Below are positions 61,645 through 64,000 of a stretch of 64,000 nucleotides of DNA, one piece after another. The DNA comes from Tubiluchus corallicola (taxonomy: Eukaryota; Animalia; Priapulida), in assembly GCA_030141605.1 (NCBI GenBank), contig JAQGDQ010002390.1, forward strand, positions 62,001 through 126,000. Direction: 5' to 3'. Below the pieces are notes generated by a model. The model had not been told where the DNA came from and did no database searches. It saw nothing but the letters and a program-made list of their open reading frames with translations. The translations under genes were made by a program, and so were the position numbers. Position 1 is the first letter of the stretch, and every line of letters starts with the position of its first letter.

Positions 61645-62715
61645 TTATCGAAACTCTCTCTCCATCCCTTGGCGTGTAGAGAAATGATAGACTGTTTTTT
61701 GATGATACATATCCCCCGGTCTTAACAGCGTTGAAGGAAAATTATCATGATTCGGTGAATCCGGAAAATGTTGCGCCTCCAGACAAAAACCGCTGAACGC
61801 GCCATATAAAACCCCTCTTTTGCCTAAGAGACTCCCATCCATATAAGCGCTGTTGTAAAACTGCACGCCGGGCTCCGTCGTTCGCATGCTCATTAATCGA
61901 CCGCTTTTAGGATCATAAACACGCGCAACTTCCCGCAGCTCCCCTCTGCCTCCTCTTAAAACATAATTAATATCAAAAGCGCCATCTCGCATACCTTCCA
62001 TAGCGTCCTGAAGAGCCCGTTCACAACGAAAATCATACCCCCTTCCCTCAACAGATAATAATGACCCCGTCGGTATTAAACGATCATTGACCTCCGTGAC
62101 ATAATCCGCCGCTATCCAGAATTTATGCCGGCAAATATCCCCAGAACCCTGACCTGAAAGATTAAAATATCCATGATGGGTCATATTGACAATCGTCGTG
62201 CGATCACTCTCTGCCTTATAATCAAAAACCAAACTGTTATCCGCCGTTAACGTTATTGTCACATACGTTTTTAAATTGCCCGGATACCCCTCTTCACCAT
62301 CTGGGGAAACACGCGTAAAACAAACAGAAGCCTCATCCTCTTTTCGCGAAGCGTAACTGGACCAGAGATGGCGATGAAACCCATTCTCTCCCCCATGAAG
62401 ATGATTGTTAAAAATAGCCTCGTTACACGGAAGACAATAAGATGCCCCATCAAGCGTAAAACACCCACGATCAATCCGATTACCATAGCGCCCGACAATC
62501 ACTCCTAAATAGGCGCGATCCCTTTGATACGAGGCTAAATCGTCAAACCCTAAAACAATATCCTCCTCCCGCCCTTGCCGATCCAACACCGTAAGAGACA
62601 TCACCGTCGGACCATAATCCATCAGCCTCATAGACATGCCTCGCTTATTTTTTAAAAAATAAGCCATGACCTCGCCTTCCTCACATACCCCGAAAACAGA
62701 CTTTTCAACGTTCAT
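61645..62715 (-). CDS. galM: Aldose 1-epimerase (mutarotase)
   Basis: DIVLGF, GRYGNRI, HLHGG, DGEEGYPG, N.THHGYFNL, PTG, TTEPGVQFY, CLEAQHFPDSPN. Confidence 0.96.
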   Translation of the reverse strand: MNVEKSVFGVCEEGEVMAYFLKNKRGMSMRLMDYGPTVMSLTVLDRQGREEDIVLGFDDLASYQRDRAYLGVIVGRYGNRIDRGCFTLDGASYCLPCNEAIFNNHLHGGENGFHRHLWSSYASRKEDEASVCFTRVSPDGEEGYPGNLKTYVTITLTADNSLVFDYKAESDRTTIVNMTHHGYFNLSGQGSGDICRHKFWIAADYVTEVNDRLIPTGSLLSVEGRGYDFRCERALQDAMEGMRDGAFDINYVLRGGRGELREVARVYDPKSGRLMSMRTTEPGVQFYNSAYMDGSLLGKRGVLYGAFSGFCLEAQHFPDSPNHDNFPSTLLRPGDMYHQKTVYHFSTRQGMEREFR

Positions 62716-63560
62716 GATATCTCCTTCTCTTTATCAATTTCATCGCCGTTCTTTTTTCTCTCGGAAGAACGCAGCAGAAAAATAGACCCCTCATAAAGAA
62801 AAATAAGCAGCCCCGCGAGAAATACTTGACTCACAGGATCCGGAGGTGTGAAAATCGCAGCGATAACAAAGGCTAAAACAACCATTATACGACGCCATCG
62901 CCTTAACATGCTGGCTTTTAAAACACCCACCTTCCCTAAAATCATAATCACAATAGGTATCTGAAAACAAACCGCAAACGCCACGATAATATGAATGGAA
63001 AGAGACAGATACTCATTAACCTTCGGCAATAAAGAAATAGGGATATCCTGCCCATTTCTAACCTCAAACTGTATAAAAAAACGCCACGCCACCGGAATAA
63101 CCCAAAAATACGCGACAGCAGCGCCTCCCCACCACAGCAAAGGCGACAAAAGAAATATATCCCCAAAAGCTTTTTTCTCCCTCGGATATAATCCCGGTAC
63201 AATAAAACGCCAAATATGATATAAAATTATAGGAGACCCTAAAAAAAACGCACAGAAAAACGCCAGCTTTACATTAGTGATAAACGCTTCATGAAGCGCC
63301 GTGTAAACAATCTCAACATCACGCCCTTCCAAAGCGACAATCCGCTGAAGCGGACGCGCGAGAAACAGAAAAATCTCACGCGAGAAATAAAAACTCACTA
63401 AAAATAAACCCAGAAAAACCCAAAGCGTACGGATAAGACGCTGGCGCAATTCCGATAAATGCGCCGCCAAAGGCATGGCTTCCGACTCTTGCGCACCCTG
63501 CGCCGCCGACGTCACACCTGCTGAAAAAACACTCTCTTCCTTCTTTTTTTCCTTTGCCAT
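62712..63560 (-). CDS. tatC: Twin-arginine translocase subunit TatC
   Basis: MPL..HL.ELR.RL, EAF, WRFI.PGLY..EK, FQIP, AAIFTPPD..SQ, LYE.SI. Confidence 0.97.
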   Translation of the reverse strand: MAKEKKKEESVFSAGVTSAAQGAQESEAMPLAAHLSELRQRLIRTLWVFLGLFLVSFYFSREIFLFLARPLQRIVALEGRDVEIVYTALHEAFITNVKLAFFCAFFLGSPIILYHIWRFIVPGLYPREKKAFGDIFLLSPLLWWGGAAVAYFWVIPVAWRFFIQFEVRNGQDIPISLLPKVNEYLSLSIHIIVAFAVCFQIPIVIMILGKVGVLKASMLRRWRRIMVVLAFVIAAIFTPPDPVSQVFLAGLLIFLYEGSIFLLRSSERKKNGDEIDKEKEIS

Positions 63561-63572
63561 TCAACAGTATCT

Positions 63573-63794
63573 CTAGCTATCCTCACTGCCTTTGTCTCGC
63601 AAAGAATCCCTTTTTGAAGATGGCGGCTCATCTTCTTTTTTCTCTGGAGAATCCGTTTCCCTCATCTGCTGTTGAAACGCTTTCATCCCCTTGCCAAGAT
63701 CTTCCATAATCGCCGAAATCTTTCCCTTCCCGCCAAAAAGAATAACCACAATCAAAAGAACAATTAACCAATGCCATATACTGAATATTCCCAT
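63573..63794 (-). CDS. tatA: Twin-arginine translocase subunit TatA
   Basis: MG.FSIWHWLIVL.IV.ILFG.GKIS..M.DLGKG.KAF, alphaproteobacterial TatA pattern. Confidence 0.95.
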   Translation of the reverse strand: MGIFSIWHWLIVLLIVVILFGGKGKISAIMEDLGKGMKAFQQQMRETDSPEKKEDEPPSSKRDSLRDKGSEDS

Positions 63795-63828
63795 AAAATA
63801 ACGTCCTTATATCTCAATAAATAAAAGC

Positions 63829-64000
63829 TTACGGCAGCCTCCCCAACTTCTCTACACGCGCCATATGCCTCTTCCCTTCAAAATCAGTCGATAAAAATAT
63901 CTCTATACAGGCAAAGATCTCCACAGGCTCCATCGTTCGAGCCCCAACACATAAAACATTCGCGTCATTATGTCGCCGCGCCAATGCCGTATACGTCGTA
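63829..64000 (-). CDS. rpiB: Ribose-5-phosphate isomerase B (3' part; start outside window)
   Basis: Manual translation ...ALARRHNDANVLCVGAR...FLSTDFEGKRHMARVEKL; stop at 63829-63831. Confidence 0.9.
   Translation of the reverse strand, partial: TTYTALARRHNDANVLCVGARTMEPVEIFACIEIFLSTDFEGKRHMARVEKLGRLP

Noticed and set aside
1-64000. Alternative genetic code, inteins or programmed frameshifts
   Set aside because: Conserved proteins translate at full length in the standard bacterial code, TGA serves as a stop in ATGA overlaps, and no insertion or split is evident in dnaE, ileS, alaS or thyX.

Overview
Core-chromosome segment of a low-GC, apparently streamlined alphaproteobacterium (Rhodospirillales-like gene content and order: lpoA/rsmI/yraN, ribF-ileS-lspA-DUF3035, rne/amiC, slt/dapA-smpB, lipA-ratA, thyX, RNase E ending in a GWW motif). 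It holds about 52 CDSs, one tRNA-Glu(TTC) and several intrinsic terminators. I see no CRISPR array, integrase, transposase, prophage or recognisable defence island. Three real genes are missing from the ORF track: a ~1,240-aa single-chain, Firmicutes/clostridial-type PurL running off the left edge, a 54-aa DUF465 gene and a partial rpiB at the right edge. The best candidate for something undescribed is regulatory: the leader of this foreign-looking purL has a PyrR-binding-loop-like hairpin that is mutually exclusive with an intrinsic terminator, which would give inverted (ON-switch) pyrimidine control of a purine gene. Other leads: an orphan 543-aa repeat protein (probable beta-propeller) near a solitary TolC/LapE-type gene; an unannotated 40-aa membrane peptide; a structured ileS leader; a diverging tandem yqhD pair; a repeat-expanding Lys/Ala/Pro RNase E tail; synteny scars suggesting loss or relocation of the pdh cluster and tatB; and strong strand-specific codon and amino-acid bias. 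All family calls come from motif recognition by eye, not from database searches.
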